DNA of 59,445 nt, filler included. It is 3 parts of 3 records of this genome, joined end to end, with 100 filler letters (N's around TTAATTAATTAA, not from the genome) between each part and the next. Parts side by side here need not be neighbours in the genome. Positions count along the whole stretch, not along the records: positions 1 to 28,303 come from SRR20825006_1014; 2 more parts are not named here. One strand, given 5' to 3'. The position numbers and the translations under genes were made by a program. Shown one piece after another: positions 11,502 to 22,753 of this stretch. How positions within the stretch are numbered: position 1 is the stretch's first letter; the number at the start of each line of letters is the position of its first letter. Under the pieces are notes generated by a model. The model worked only from the letters and a program-made list of their open reading frames with translations, was not told the DNA's origin and ran no database searches.

Positions 11502-12689
11502 CTATGAAAGGGCCCTGACCAGCATGGCGACCAGCTCTGTCTGTTTGCGGTAGCCATTTTTGGCCAACAGATTTTTGATGTGTTGGCGAGCTGTGTGAAC
11601 AGATATGCCGTTTTTGTCGGCGATTTCGGTGGCGTTTAAGCCGTGAATCAGTTCGGTGGCGATGCCCGCTTCTGCCGGCGTGCACTGAAACAGCGACTGC
11701 AGCTTGCCCAGATCCGGTTCCATCGTGCTGTCGTAGCGAAACAGTTCGGCAAGCACGCCGTTATGCTCTTTTTTCTCGGCGATCAGAGGAGTCAGGCAGA
11801 TGGCGATGCGCTCGTGGCGGTTATCCACGAACAGGGTTTGGGTGGCGGGGGTGCCCTTCTGGGAATGAATGAGGCAAGTGGTGATGGCGTCGCTGAGTTT
11901 GCGATTCAGGCGGGAGTCCTTGCACTGCAGTCGCTGGTTGTCTGAAATGCTCAGGGTGTCACTGTGGGCGAGCAAATCCAGGGCGTTATTGTTGGCCTGG
12001 GCAATGGTGGCCAGGGCGTTGAATACCACCATGGGTTTGTTCACATGGTTGAGGGCCAGGGCCAGACTTTCGTTATTGCTGCGTGACTGGTAGAGCTTGA
12101 AGTGGAGGCTGACGGCGTTTTCCACGTGGGCAGCCAGCAGGTTCATTTGCAGGATTTCATGGTCTGTGTAGGGGCCAAAATCCCGGTGCCGGTTGGCAAG
12201 GAAGACCACATTGTTGTCATCCTGGCGACTGACGAGCATGCCGGCGCTGTCGCCCATGCCCACGGCTTCTGCCCAGGCACGGCTTTCTGCGCTCAGCATG
12301 TCGAGGATGGTGTTGCCGGTATCGCCGCGCAGGAATGAATCGAACTGACGTGGTGGCAGGGCTTCGTAACGAGCGAGGGCTTCATCCCGCTCGGGCAGAT
12401 CACTGTTGATGTACCACTCTTCAAAGCCCTCGGGATAGCCGAAAGTCCAGCCATAGATCATGCGGCGGGGGTTGCTGCTCAAGCCGAGGATGCCCCCCTG
12501 GAGGGCGTTGAAGTGGGCCTGAAAGGCATCGAAAAACGGTTGGAACCCTTGGCTGGAATGCAGGCAGCCATAGAGGGTGGAAACTAACTGGTTGAAGCGG
12601 TACAGCTCATCGTGGCTAAGCGTCGGCGCCAGCGGGTCCGAAACCTGCTGCTCCTGGGGTTTGATCAATGTGATGGTGTTGGAAGGCAT
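11502..12689 (-). CDS. LuxR-type HTH transcriptional regulator with N-terminal GAF/PAS-like sensor region
   Basis: C-terminal TPAEAGIATELIHG...EIADKNGISVHTARQHIKNLLAK...KQTELV. Start trimmed to ATG 12689. Confidence 0.85.
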   Translation of the reverse strand: MPSNTITLIKPQEQQVSDPLAPTLSHDELYRFNQLVSTLYGCLHSSQGFQPFFDAFQAHFNALQGGILGLSSNPRRMIYGWTFGYPEGFEEWYINSDLPERDEALARYEALPPRQFDSFLRGDTGNTILDMLSAESRAWAEAVGMGDSAGMLVSRQDDNNVVFLANRHRDFGPYTDHEILQMNLLAAHVENAVSLHFKLYQSRSNNESLALALNHVNKPMVVFNALATIAQANNNALDLLAHSDTLSISDNQRLQCKDSRLNRKLSDAITTCLIHSQKGTPATQTLFVDNRHERIAICLTPLIAEKKEHNGVLAELFRYDSTMEPDLGKLQSLFQCTPAEAGIATELIHGLNATEIADKNGISVHTARQHIKNLLAKNGYRKQTELVAMLVRALS

Positions 12690-12877
12690 GGGCTTTTCCC
12701 CCCGGAAAAAAGCCGACACTGGCTCGCGCCAGGATGACAGGCGGCTTCGCCATTATCCTTGTCTATCGGTTTGGTTGTATAGATCGAATATGTGTTCGTT
12801 AGCGTGTTATATCGTAGACAAGGGCGCAAGCACATTGACCGGTTAAAGGATGCCGTTAGTCTTTTGGACACTTGCGG

Positions 12878-14830
12878 TTAGCCTCCCAGCAAGCGCACTT
12901 CAGCGGCTTCCACGGCCTCCAGCGGGCCGTAGAGAATCACGGTATCTCCCTGTTCCAGTATCAGGTCTTCGTCCGGGCTTTCGCGGGTTTGCTCGGCGCG
13001 CTTTACGGCGCGAATTTCCACGTCACGCAGGGCGCATTCACGGATACTCCGGCCGATGCTGCGGGCTTTTTCGCTGAGGGTCACGGCGTGCAGTAGCCGG
13101 TACGGGTTGCCAGCGCTGTCGGTGGTTGGAAAGGAGTCGCCGTGGTAGTAGCCCTGCAGCATGCGATAGCGATCGCGGCGGGTCTTGCGCAGCATGGCCA
13201 GTACCCGTTCAAAGGGGACGTCCAGCATCATCAGGGCATGGGCCACCAGCATCAGGGAGGCTTCCAGCACCTCGGGTACGACCTCGGCGGCACCGGCTGC
13301 CGTGAGCGCATCCAGGTGGGTGTCGTCTCGGGTGCGTACCAGCACCCGGACGTCGCTGTTGAGATCCCGACAGGTGTGGATGATCCGTTCTGCCAGGCGC
13401 GCGTCGTCGAATGTCACCACCAGCAAGCGGGCGCGGTGAATGCCCGCCCGTTCGAGAATATCCTTGCGGCTGGCATCGCCAAACAGGATGTGTTCGCCGG
13501 CGGCACTGGCTTCTTGCAGGCGGACCAGGTCCATATCCACCGCCACCGCATGGTGATGGAAACGGTTCAGGTAGCGCATCAGGTTCTGGCCCACCCGGCC
13601 ATAGCCGCACAGGATGACATGGCCGGTGATGTCATCGGATACCGTGCTGTCCTTGGGGACTTCCATCCAGGGACGCAGCAGGCGACGGCTGAGTTTGCCG
13701 CTGTGTTGCAGCAGGGCGGGGGTCACCGCCATGGTGAGGACGGTGATGGACACCAGCAGGCCGGCTTTGCCCGGCGACATGACCTGGTGAGACACCGCCA
13801 GGGCGACCAGTACAAACCCGAACTCGCCACACTGTGAGAGGATAAGGCCACTGCGCGTGGCGGTGTCGGCAGGCTCCCCCAACAGGCGTAACAGGACAAA
13901 GATCAGCACCGCCTTGAACAGCATCAGCGAGACGGCAGCGAGGATGATCCAGTGCCACTGTTCGGCAAACAGGTTTGGGTCTACCAGCATGCCGACACTG
14001 ATAAAGAACAGGCCGAGTAGCAGGTCGCGGAAGGGGCGCAGGTCCGCTTCGATTTGATGGCGGAAGTGGCTTTCGCCCAGCATCATGCCTGCCAGAAAGG
14101 CCCCCAGCGCCATGGAGAGCCCCAGCCAGTGCGTGACCCAGGCGGCGACCAGCGCCAGCAACAGGGCGGTCATCACAAACACTTCGTCGGAGCGGGCGCG
14201 GCCGGTTTCTTCCAGCAGCCGTGGCAGTATCCATTTCCCCACCACGTAAATGCCGGCGAACAGCAACAGGGATTTTCCCAGGGTGATGCCGGCCATGGTC
14301 CACAGGGCGTCGTCGTTGCTGTTACTGATTACCGGCAACATCACCAGCATGATCACCGCCGCCAGATCCTGAAACAGCAAGATGCCGGTGGAGGCGCGAC
14401 CGTAACCGGTATTGACTGCGCCGCGCCCGATCAGATCACGAATGACGATGGCGGTGGAGGACAGCGCCAGCGCCCCGGCGGTGATGCCGGCGGTCATGGG
14501 TTGAAAGCCCAGCAAACGCATGACTGCGAATACAGCCGCGCCGGTAAGAATGACCTGCAGTGGGCCGGCGCCGAACACAATGCGGCGCAAGGTCAGCAGA
14601 CGGGGAATGGAAAACTCCAGCCCCAGGGTGAACAGCAAGAAAACGATGCCGAATTCCGCCAGATGCTGGATCCCTTCCACGTCGCTGATCCAGCCGAATC
14701 CGAAGGGGCCGGCGGCGAGACCGGAAAGCAGGTAGGCAAGAATCGGGGGCATGCCCAGACGACGAAACAGCACCACGGCGGCGACTGCGCTGCCGAGCAA
14801 AACCACAATAAGGGTCAGGGTGTCATGCAT
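12878..14830 (-). CDS. CPA2 monovalent cation:proton antiporter (Kef-like) with RCK domains
   Basis: Many TM helices with LFQD motif; RCK-N GYGRVG; C-terminal TrkA-C-like domain. Confidence 0.93.
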   Translation of the reverse strand: MHDTLTLIVVLLGSAVAAVVLFRRLGMPPILAYLLSGLAAGPFGFGWISDVEGIQHLAEFGIVFLLFTLGLEFSIPRLLTLRRIVFGAGPLQVILTGAAVFAVMRLLGFQPMTAGITAGALALSSTAIVIRDLIGRGAVNTGYGRASTGILLFQDLAAVIMLVMLPVISNSNDDALWTMAGITLGKSLLLFAGIYVVGKWILPRLLEETGRARSDEVFVMTALLLALVAAWVTHWLGLSMALGAFLAGMMLGESHFRHQIEADLRPFRDLLLGLFFISVGMLVDPNLFAEQWHWIILAAVSLMLFKAVLIFVLLRLLGEPADTATRSGLILSQCGEFGFVLVALAVSHQVMSPGKAGLLVSITVLTMAVTPALLQHSGKLSRRLLRPWMEVPKDSTVSDDITGHVILCGYGRVGQNLMRYLNRFHHHAVAVDMDLVRLQEASAAGEHILFGDASRKDILERAGIHRARLLVVTFDDARLAERIIHTCRDLNSDVRVLVRTRDDTHLDALTAAGAAEVVPEVLEASLMLVAHALMMLDVPFERVLAMLRKTRRDRYRMLQGYYHGDSFPTTDSAGNPYRLLHAVTLSEKARSIGRSIRECALRDVEIRAVKRAEQTRESPDEDLILEQGDTVILYGPLEAVEAAEVRLLGG

Positions 14831-14923
14831 AACACTGCATTCCGAATGGTCGAAAGGGCAGTGTAGCAGCCCCCGATGTCGGGGGCAGTCTCGGTGTTTA
14901 CCTGGCGAGTCCTGGAGAAAGCG

Positions 14924-15718
14924 TTAGTTGCAGCTAAAGCGGTAGCTGTCGTCCAGTGCCACCGGCAGTGTCAGCGAGCGAAAGCTCAGGCTGTTCATGT
15001 GCTGGCAGTGGATGTTGTGACCTTGCGGGTCCGATCCGTACAGGTAATCAATGTGCAGCACGGGTTTGCCGGCTTCAATAAATGGGGTCAGTAGGTGGCA
15101 TTCCTGCCACTGGTGGCAGGATTCATTCACCGCGAAGTCAGCGTATTCGACCAAGTCTTCAATCTGACCCAAATCGTTTTTCAGTGATACAGCCAGGCCG
15201 TGGTCGTGAGCGGTGTCGAACAGGAAGCGGTTGTAGTCCAGCTGGCTGTTATAGCTCAGCGGGAAACCGGTGCGGTTGCTGTAGCCATCCACATTGTCGG
15301 GGTCCACCCCGTCACAGCCTTTGCTGGCGGCCAGGGCAATGCGATCAGACATGATCGCGCGGACATTGATCGAGCGGGTATCGAGCCAGCGCTCCCCGGG
15401 CCAGTTACCCAGGCGACGCCCCTTGTCGGCAGCGGTAAAGCGGCCCTTGTCCTCGCGCCAGTTCTCGAAGGTGCCGGCGGAGAAATAACAGATTACCTTG
15501 CGGCCGCTGGCGTGTAAGTCGTCGATGACATTCTGGGGCGTGTCGAACAGGTCAAGGATATACAGGTCGGCGGCGTAGCCGGTATTCGGGGAGCCTTGTA
15601 GCTGGATTTGCCAGTTGACGGTAGGTTCGGGCTGATACCACGGCTCTTGTGGCGTGATGTCGGCACTGGGAAACAGTCCAGAAAGCAGGGCGGAGACCAA
15701 GGGGAGTGACGCAGCCAT
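14924..15718 (-). CDS. Endo-alpha-1,4-polygalactosaminidase (GH114-like)
   Basis: WQIQLQG, ICYFSAGTFENWR, GCDGVDPDNVDGY, LKNDLGQ, FAVNESC motifs; hydrophobic N-terminus. Confidence 0.88.
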   Translation of the reverse strand: MAASLPLVSALLSGLFPSADITPQEPWYQPEPTVNWQIQLQGSPNTGYAADLYILDLFDTPQNVIDDLHASGRKVICYFSAGTFENWREDKGRFTAADKGRRLGNWPGERWLDTRSINVRAIMSDRIALAASKGCDGVDPDNVDGYSNRTGFPLSYNSQLDYNRFLFDTAHDHGLAVSLKNDLGQIEDLVEYADFAVNESCHQWQECHLLTPFIEAGKPVLHIDYLYGSDPQGHNIHCQHMNSLSFRSLTLPVALDDSYRFSCN

Positions 15719-15808
15719 AGCAGTCGATCCTCATTATTTCTCTGCGATGGTAGGCGCTTTTTTACTACGAGGATGTGAGGATGTTCGGGTATTTTTGTAA
15801 GAAATAAC

Positions 15809-15829
15809 GCCGGGATTGTAAGTCCCGGC
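15809..15829 (-). terminator. Probable intrinsic terminator after the ALDH gene
   Basis: GCCGGGA/TCCCGGC stem followed on the minus strand by GTTATTTCTT. Confidence 0.55.
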
Positions 15830-15854
15830 TTACGAAGAAGTGTTGAGGCGTCTT

Positions 15855-17285
15855 TTACTGGGGGGTACGAATCACCAGCAGCCGTTCTTCGGTCATGTCG
15901 TTGATGGCCCAGCGGATGCCTTCGCGGCCCAGGCCGGAGTCCTTCACGCCGCCGTAGGGCATGTTATCTACCCGCCAGCTGGGTACATCGCCGATCACCA
16001 CGCCGCCTACTTCCAGTTCGTCCCAGGCCTTGTGGGCCTTGTACAGGTCACGGGTGAAGATCCCGGCCTGCAAGCCAAACTTGGATTCGTTGACGGTGTT
16101 CAGGGCGTCGTCAAAATCACTGAAGCGACTGATCACGGCCACCGGGCCGAAGGCTTCTTCTTCCACGATGTTGGTGCCCTTGGGGGCATTTTCCAGCAGG
16201 GTGGCTTCGAGCATGGCGCCTTCGCGTTTGCCGCCCACCAGCAGGGTGGCCCCGGCGTCCACGGCTTCATTGACCCAGTTTTCCAGTCGGGTCGCTTCGC
16301 CTTCCGAGATCACCGGGCCGATAAAGGTGTCTTCGTCTTTCGGGTCACCCATTCTTAGGCCGGCAGTTTTTTCCACCAGGCGGGTTTTCAGTTCGTCGTA
16401 GATGGCATCGTGGATCAGGATGCGTTGTACGCCGATGCAACTTTGGCCGGACTGATAGAAAGCGCCGAAAGTGATGCGTTCCACGGCGTCGTCCAGGTCG
16501 GCATCTTCATCCACGATGACCGCCGCGTTGCCGCCCAGCTCCAGAATCACCGGTTTTTTGCCGGCACGGGCTTTCAGGTCCCAGCCCACGTCCGGGCTGC
16601 CGGTGAAGCTGAGCAGCTTGAAACGCTCATCAGTGGTGAACAGGTCGGCCCCTTCACGGTGGCAGGGCAGGATGGAAAACGCGCCCTTGGGCAGGTCGGT
16701 TTCTGCCAGCACTTCACCAATGATGATGGCGCCGATGGGGGTGCGACTGGCCGGTTTGAGTACAAACGGGCAGCCGGCGGCGATGGCGGGCGCCACTTTG
16801 TGGGCGGCCAGGTTCAATGGGAAATTGAACGGAGAAATAAACGAGCATGGGCCGATCGGTACACGCTTGACCATGCCACGGTAGCCTTTGGCACGGGCGG
16901 AAATTTCCAGGTTGGGCATTTCGCCGTCGATGCGCACGGCTTCTTCGGCGGCCACGCGGAAGGTGTCGATCAGGCGGCCCACTTCGCCACGGGCATCCTT
17001 GATCGGTTTGCCCGCTTCAATGCACAGGGCCAGTGCCAGTTCTTCGTAACGCTCTTCAAAACGTTTCACGCAGTGGTACAAAATTGCCTGGCGCTCGTAG
17101 GGGGCCAGCTGAGCCATGGGTTTGGCGGCCTTGTCGGCGGCGTCGATGGCTTTATCAATGGTGGCGGCATCGGCCATGGCCACGCGGGTGGCCACTTCAC
17201 CGCTGTATTTGTCGGTGACATCCAGATCCTGGTTGGCGAAAACGGCTTCGTTGGCCAGGTAGTAAGGGTAGGCGTCTTTTAGCAT
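15855..17285 (-). CDS. NAD(P)-dependent aldehyde dehydrogenase
   Basis: PFNFP, FTGS, LELGGN, catalytic Cys in GQSC, EEAFGP, YGGVKDSGLGREG. Confidence 0.95.
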   Translation of the reverse strand: MLKDAYPYYLANEAVFANQDLDVTDKYSGEVATRVAMADAATIDKAIDAADKAAKPMAQLAPYERQAILYHCVKRFEERYEELALALCIEAGKPIKDARGEVGRLIDTFRVAAEEAVRIDGEMPNLEISARAKGYRGMVKRVPIGPCSFISPFNFPLNLAAHKVAPAIAAGCPFVLKPASRTPIGAIIIGEVLAETDLPKGAFSILPCHREGADLFTTDERFKLLSFTGSPDVGWDLKARAGKKPVILELGGNAAVIVDEDADLDDAVERITFGAFYQSGQSCIGVQRILIHDAIYDELKTRLVEKTAGLRMGDPKDEDTFIGPVISEGEATRLENWVNEAVDAGATLLVGGKREGAMLEATLLENAPKGTNIVEEEAFGPVAVISRFSDFDDALNTVNESKFGLQAGIFTRDLYKAHKAWDELEVGGVVIGDVPSWRVDNMPYGGVKDSGLGREGIRWAINDMTEERLLVIRTPQ

Positions 17286-17344
17286 CTTGGTTCCTTAATG
17301 GCGTTTAGTGGGCCATGAGGCTGGGAGTGATCAATCGCCAGCTA

Positions 17345-17405
17345 GCACGCTCCACGCAACACGCTGGCATGCAACAAAGCATGGTGCGTGTCGCGTGCGG
17401 CGTGC
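17345..17405. repeat. Intergenic inverted repeat built from 7-nt-periodic CAYGC units (copy 1)
   Basis: G-CACGC-TC-CACGC-AA-CACGC-TGG-CATGC, loop AACAAA, GCATG-GT-GCGTG-TC-GCGTG-CG-GCGTG-C. Confidence 0.85.
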
Positions 17406-17410
17406 CAGCG

Positions 17411-19051
<1,641 letters not shown>

Positions 19052-19408
19052 GACTCTTTGTCTCCAGTTGATCCCGTTGCCGGCTTGTGGCCGTGCGGGT
19101 TCCACGATGCGTGGTTAAAAATAATCATCGCGGTTAATGCAAGGATGGTGCCGCTTTTTCCTTGTTCTGGTGCACAAAAGGCGCACTCAAAAGGTGCGAC
19201 ACCTCCATGTCGGGCTTCACTATAGCGCGCTCGGGGGGCAGGCCGGTATGGGGTTAACGAATCTGTTTCATTTAAAAATGTGATGATAAACCGCCGTGGG
19301 GATGGAAAGCCGGGGACAATCCCTCTTGTTCTCCCCGGAGCGGAAGGGCAGAGTCTGCGCAATAACAAACAATGGCGAAAATGCCGGGCCAGCAGTGAGA
19401 GAGAAGCT

Positions 19409-21118
19409 ATGAAGAAAACCGGATTGTGGGTATTGGTGGTCATCGTTGCCCTGATCGTGCTGGCCGTGGCAGGCGTGCATCGCTGGTTTAACCCGCCGGC
19501 GCCAGCGGCCCAGCTCTTTTTTAATGGCACGGTACTGACCATGGACCCGCAACAGCCGGTGGTGGATGCCATGCTGGTGAAGCGGGGCGAGATTGTGGCG
19601 CTGGGCGAGGTAGAGGTGTTGCGCCAGCAGGCCAGTCGGGACGTTTCCGTGATCGACCTGGATGGCGGCACGGTAATGCCGGGGTTTATTGAAGCCCATG
19701 GGCATTTCCCCGGTGAAGGATTGTCTGCGGTGGCGGTGGATGCCAACAGTCCGCCGATTGGCGACTTGTACAGCATCGACACGCTGCTGGAGCGGTTACG
19801 TCTGCTGGCCCAGCGCCGCCCGGATGGCATGCTGCTCGCTTATGGCTTTGATGACACCACCATCGGAGAGCAGCGCTACCCGACCCGGGCAGAACTGGAT
19901 TCGGTGAGCAAGACGCGGCCGATCATGGTGATGCATATTTCCGGGCATCTGGGCGTGGTTAATTCCGCTGCGCTGAGCAGCATGGGGATAAAGGAAGACG
20001 TTGAGGACCCGCCGGGGGGGTTCTATGGCCGCGATGAAACCGGACGACTCAATGGTTTGCTGGCGGAAACCGCGTTTAACCCGGTGCGCAGCCAGGCGTT
20101 GGAACTGGCACCCATGGACGGTTTGCGGGTGTTGTCCCGGGCGTCGCATATCTATTTGTCGCGGGGGATTACCTTTGCCCAGAACGGTCTGGCAGACCCG
20201 GCGGCGGTTCGGGCGTTGAAGCCCGCGCTGCAGTTCGGCCTGATTCCGCTGCGCCTGAGTGTCTGGCCCAACGCCGATGCCGAGCAGCAGCGCCTGGCGG
20301 GGGATCTGACCCTTGTGCAAGGCGACCGCGTTCATCTGGGCCCGGTCAAGCTGGTCAGTGATGGCTCCCTGCAGGGCTATACCGGGTTCCTGAGCGAGCC
20401 GTATTACACCTTGCCGGCGGATTACCCGCCGGACTATCTGGGGTTCCCGACACTGTCCCAGGAGGCGCTCAGTGGCCAGGTAAAGCAGTTTCATTGCCGG
20501 GGACGCCAAGTGGCGGTGCATGCCAACGGCGATGCGGCCATTGATCTGAGTCTGAATGCGATAGCCGGCGCGCGGGCAGCATGCCCGCAGGTGCAGGTGC
20601 AGCCGGTCTTGATTCATGCGCAGATGGCGACCCCGGCACAATTGCAGCGGATGGTGGCGCTGGATGTGATCCCATCGTTCTTCAATACCCATGTGTATTA
20701 CTGGGGCGATCGCCACCGGGATGTTTTTCTCGGGCCGGAACGGGCTCGCCGGATCAGCCCGCTGGCGCAAGCGGAGCAGGTCGGGTTGCGTTTTACCCTG
20801 CATGCGGATTCGCCGGTGGTGCCTTTTGAGCCGCTACAGCTGGTGTGGAATGCGGTGGAACGCAAGACGGCCTCCGGGGCCTTGCTGGGCCCGGATCAGG
20901 CCGTGGACGTGGAGCGGGCGCTGCAGGCGGTGACTGTGGATGCGGCCAGGCAGCTTGGGGTGGCCGATCAGGTGGGGCAATTGCGTACGGGGATGCGGGC
21001 GGACCTGGTCTGGCTGGATCGGGACCCGCGGGAAGCGATTGGCGACTGGGCATCGATCCAGGTGTTGGGCACCTGGGTTGGCGGGGTTCGCCGTTACCCG
21101 GATGGGCAAGCGGACTAA
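19409..21118 (+). CDS. Amidohydrolase-3 (YtcJ-like) metal-dependent hydrolase with N-terminal signal/anchor
   Basis: PGFIEAHGH, KLVSDGSLQG, HANGD, IHAQ, HADSP; N-terminal hydrophobic helix. Start trimmed to ATG 19409. Confidence 0.88.
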   Translation: MKKTGLWVLVVIVALIVLAVAGVHRWFNPPAPAAQLFFNGTVLTMDPQQPVVDAMLVKRGEIVALGEVEVLRQQASRDVSVIDLDGGTVMPGFIEAHGHFPGEGLSAVAVDANSPPIGDLYSIDTLLERLRLLAQRRPDGMLLAYGFDDTTIGEQRYPTRAELDSVSKTRPIMVMHISGHLGVVNSAALSSMGIKEDVEDPPGGFYGRDETGRLNGLLAETAFNPVRSQALELAPMDGLRVLSRASHIYLSRGITFAQNGLADPAAVRALKPALQFGLIPLRLSVWPNADAEQQRLAGDLTLVQGDRVHLGPVKLVSDGSLQGYTGFLSEPYYTLPADYPPDYLGFPTLSQEALSGQVKQFHCRGRQVAVHANGDAAIDLSLNAIAGARAACPQVQVQPVLIHAQMATPAQLQRMVALDVIPSFFNTHVYYWGDRHRDVFLGPERARRISPLAQAEQVGLRFTLHADSPVVPFEPLQLVWNAVERKTASGALLGPDQAVDVERALQAVTVDAARQLGVADQVGQLRTGMRADLVWLDRDPREAIGDWASIQVLGTWVGGVRRYPDGQAD

Positions 21119-21194
21119 CGAGGGCAAGCGATGTGGCCCTCTGTGCGCAGAGCCCTTGCTCAGGTGCTCTGCGAAAGCGGTCTGCGCAGCGCTG

Positions 21195-21407
21195 CTAGTG
21201 CCAGGTCCCTTCCAGGTTCTCGCACTGATCAAGGAATTCCTCGGCGCTCATTTCCACCGTATTCGGATCCAGATGTGACGCCACTTGCTCTTTCAGCTGC
21301 CCGACCACCTTGGACATGACCGTCAGGGTTTCTTCCACCTGCTCGATAGTTTCCAACAGGTCTTCGGCTTCTTGCTGGTAATCATCTCTGTCGTCGTAAT
21401 CGCTCAT
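21195..21407 (-). CDS. Small acidic hypothetical protein (70 aa)
   Basis: AGGAGG RBS before ATG 21407; coiled-coil-like acidic sequence ending GTWH. Confidence 0.7.
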   Translation of the reverse strand: MSDYDDRDDYQQEAEDLLETIEQVEETLTVMSKVVGQLKEQVASHLDPNTVEMSAEEFLDQCENLEGTWH

Positions 21408-21594
21408 GCGAAGCCTCCTGCAGTTGGGATGAGCCCTGATACAGGCTCGTTCCCATGTTGCCAATGATGATGGCGTAAAACAAACGGCAATTCCCCGAAA
21501 TTGATGAAAGTTTGAGCGTTGATGATGAAAGGTCACAGGCCTTTCGCAAGCGGCATCCGGTGATGTTGTACGCGCCAGCGGCTGGGGGGCAGCA

Positions 21595-22626
21595 TCAGAG
21601 AGATTGCCTGAATGTTTCTGGTGTAACGGAAAACCACCGCTTGAACGCGCGCCGGAAGTTGGAGCTGTCGTGGTAGTTCAAAAGCGCGGCGATGGCGTCG
21701 ACGGTAAGCTTGCTGTCGCGCAGATAGTTCGCCGCCTGTTGGGACAGAATGTCCTTCTGGATTTGGCGAAATCCGGTATTTTCGTTTTTCAGTTTACGCG
21801 CCAGGGTGCGCTTGCTCATGAATAGTGCTGCAGCGGCTTCTTCTTCAGCCAGTGTGCCTGGAGGAAAAGAGAGCATCATTTTTTCTACCCGATAGCGAAA
21901 ACTTTGCGTATTGGTGCGCAGTTCGGACAGCATGGTTTCGCACTGCTGAAGCGCTAGCTGGTAATTCTCATGGTTGGCGGCAATGTTGGGATAAAAGCCC
22001 AGGGCTTTGGGAATCCTGGCGACAAAGTGTTCTGTCGAAAAGGTGTAAGGGCCGGGCAGGTATTCGTTGTAGCAGGCTGCATAGGGCGGAGCCGGGTAAT
22101 CTATCAAGGTCTCCACTTCATGGGCCGGTCGGCCCAGAATCGATTCGGCTGTCTCGAAAAACATCATGATAAAGGCTTCGGTCAAACAGCGGCGCATTGG
22201 GTCCGTTAACGTCATATCGAAGTGCCCGTAACACTCAAGCCAATCCCCACGATCAAAAAGCTCAATACGCACAAAGTTCATCCGTGTGGGGGCGAAAAGG
22301 TGAATGGCTTGCAGAGCCTCAAACAGGTTTGCACTGCTGAGAGCCATAAAGCCCACGGCACCGTGGGTAGCAGGCGTGAGCCGTCGGCCCAGACGAAAAC
22401 CAAAGGCAGGGTCATCACTTATCGAGAGCGCATTGTTGAGTAACTGAATCTGCTGCTGCCCGGTGAGCAGGCTGTCTTCGTCAAGTAGCTGTTCAACCCT
22501 GAGCCCTGTGTTGGGCAGCAGCCGACCAAGATCGGGGGCCTGCAGGCCGAGTTCGCGGGCAATCAAGCGAGCATAATGCGACGGGTTGGACGCCTGGCTG
22601 TCGGTTGGGTTCGGGGGTGTTGTCAT
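21595..22626 (-). CDS. AraC-family transcriptional regulator divergent from fdx-CYP153
   Basis: C-terminal double HTH (MSKRTLARKL...IAALLNYHDSSNFRRAFKRW). Start trimmed to ATG 22626 to avoid overlap with fdx. Confidence 0.92.
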   Translation of the reverse strand: MTTPPNPTDSQASNPSHYARLIARELGLQAPDLGRLLPNTGLRVEQLLDEDSLLTGQQQIQLLNNALSISDDPAFGFRLGRRLTPATHGAVGFMALSSANLFEALQAIHLFAPTRMNFVRIELFDRGDWLECYGHFDMTLTDPMRRCLTEAFIMMFFETAESILGRPAHEVETLIDYPAPPYAACYNEYLPGPYTFSTEHFVARIPKALGFYPNIAANHENYQLALQQCETMLSELRTNTQSFRYRVEKMMLSFPPGTLAEEEAAAALFMSKRTLARKLKNENTGFRQIQKDILSQQAANYLRDSKLTVDAIAALLNYHDSSNFRRAFKRWFSVTPETFRQSL

Positions 22627-22654
22627 GGGAGGCTCTGTGCGGTGGCAAGTTTGA

Positions 22655-22692
22655 TTGTCTTTAAATGACCTCCTGTTGTCAAAAAATGACCT
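22655..22692 (+). promoter_or_regulatory. Tandem direct repeat, candidate AraC-family activator site
   Basis: TTGTCTTTAAATGACCT (22655-22671) and TTGTCAAAAAATGACCT (22676-22692), 21-bp periodicity. Confidence 0.65.
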
Positions 22693-22753
22693 GCTGATGC
22701 GCGATGGCTTGGCGCACTGTTGGAATAACACAACAACAAAGTGAGGCAGAGCG

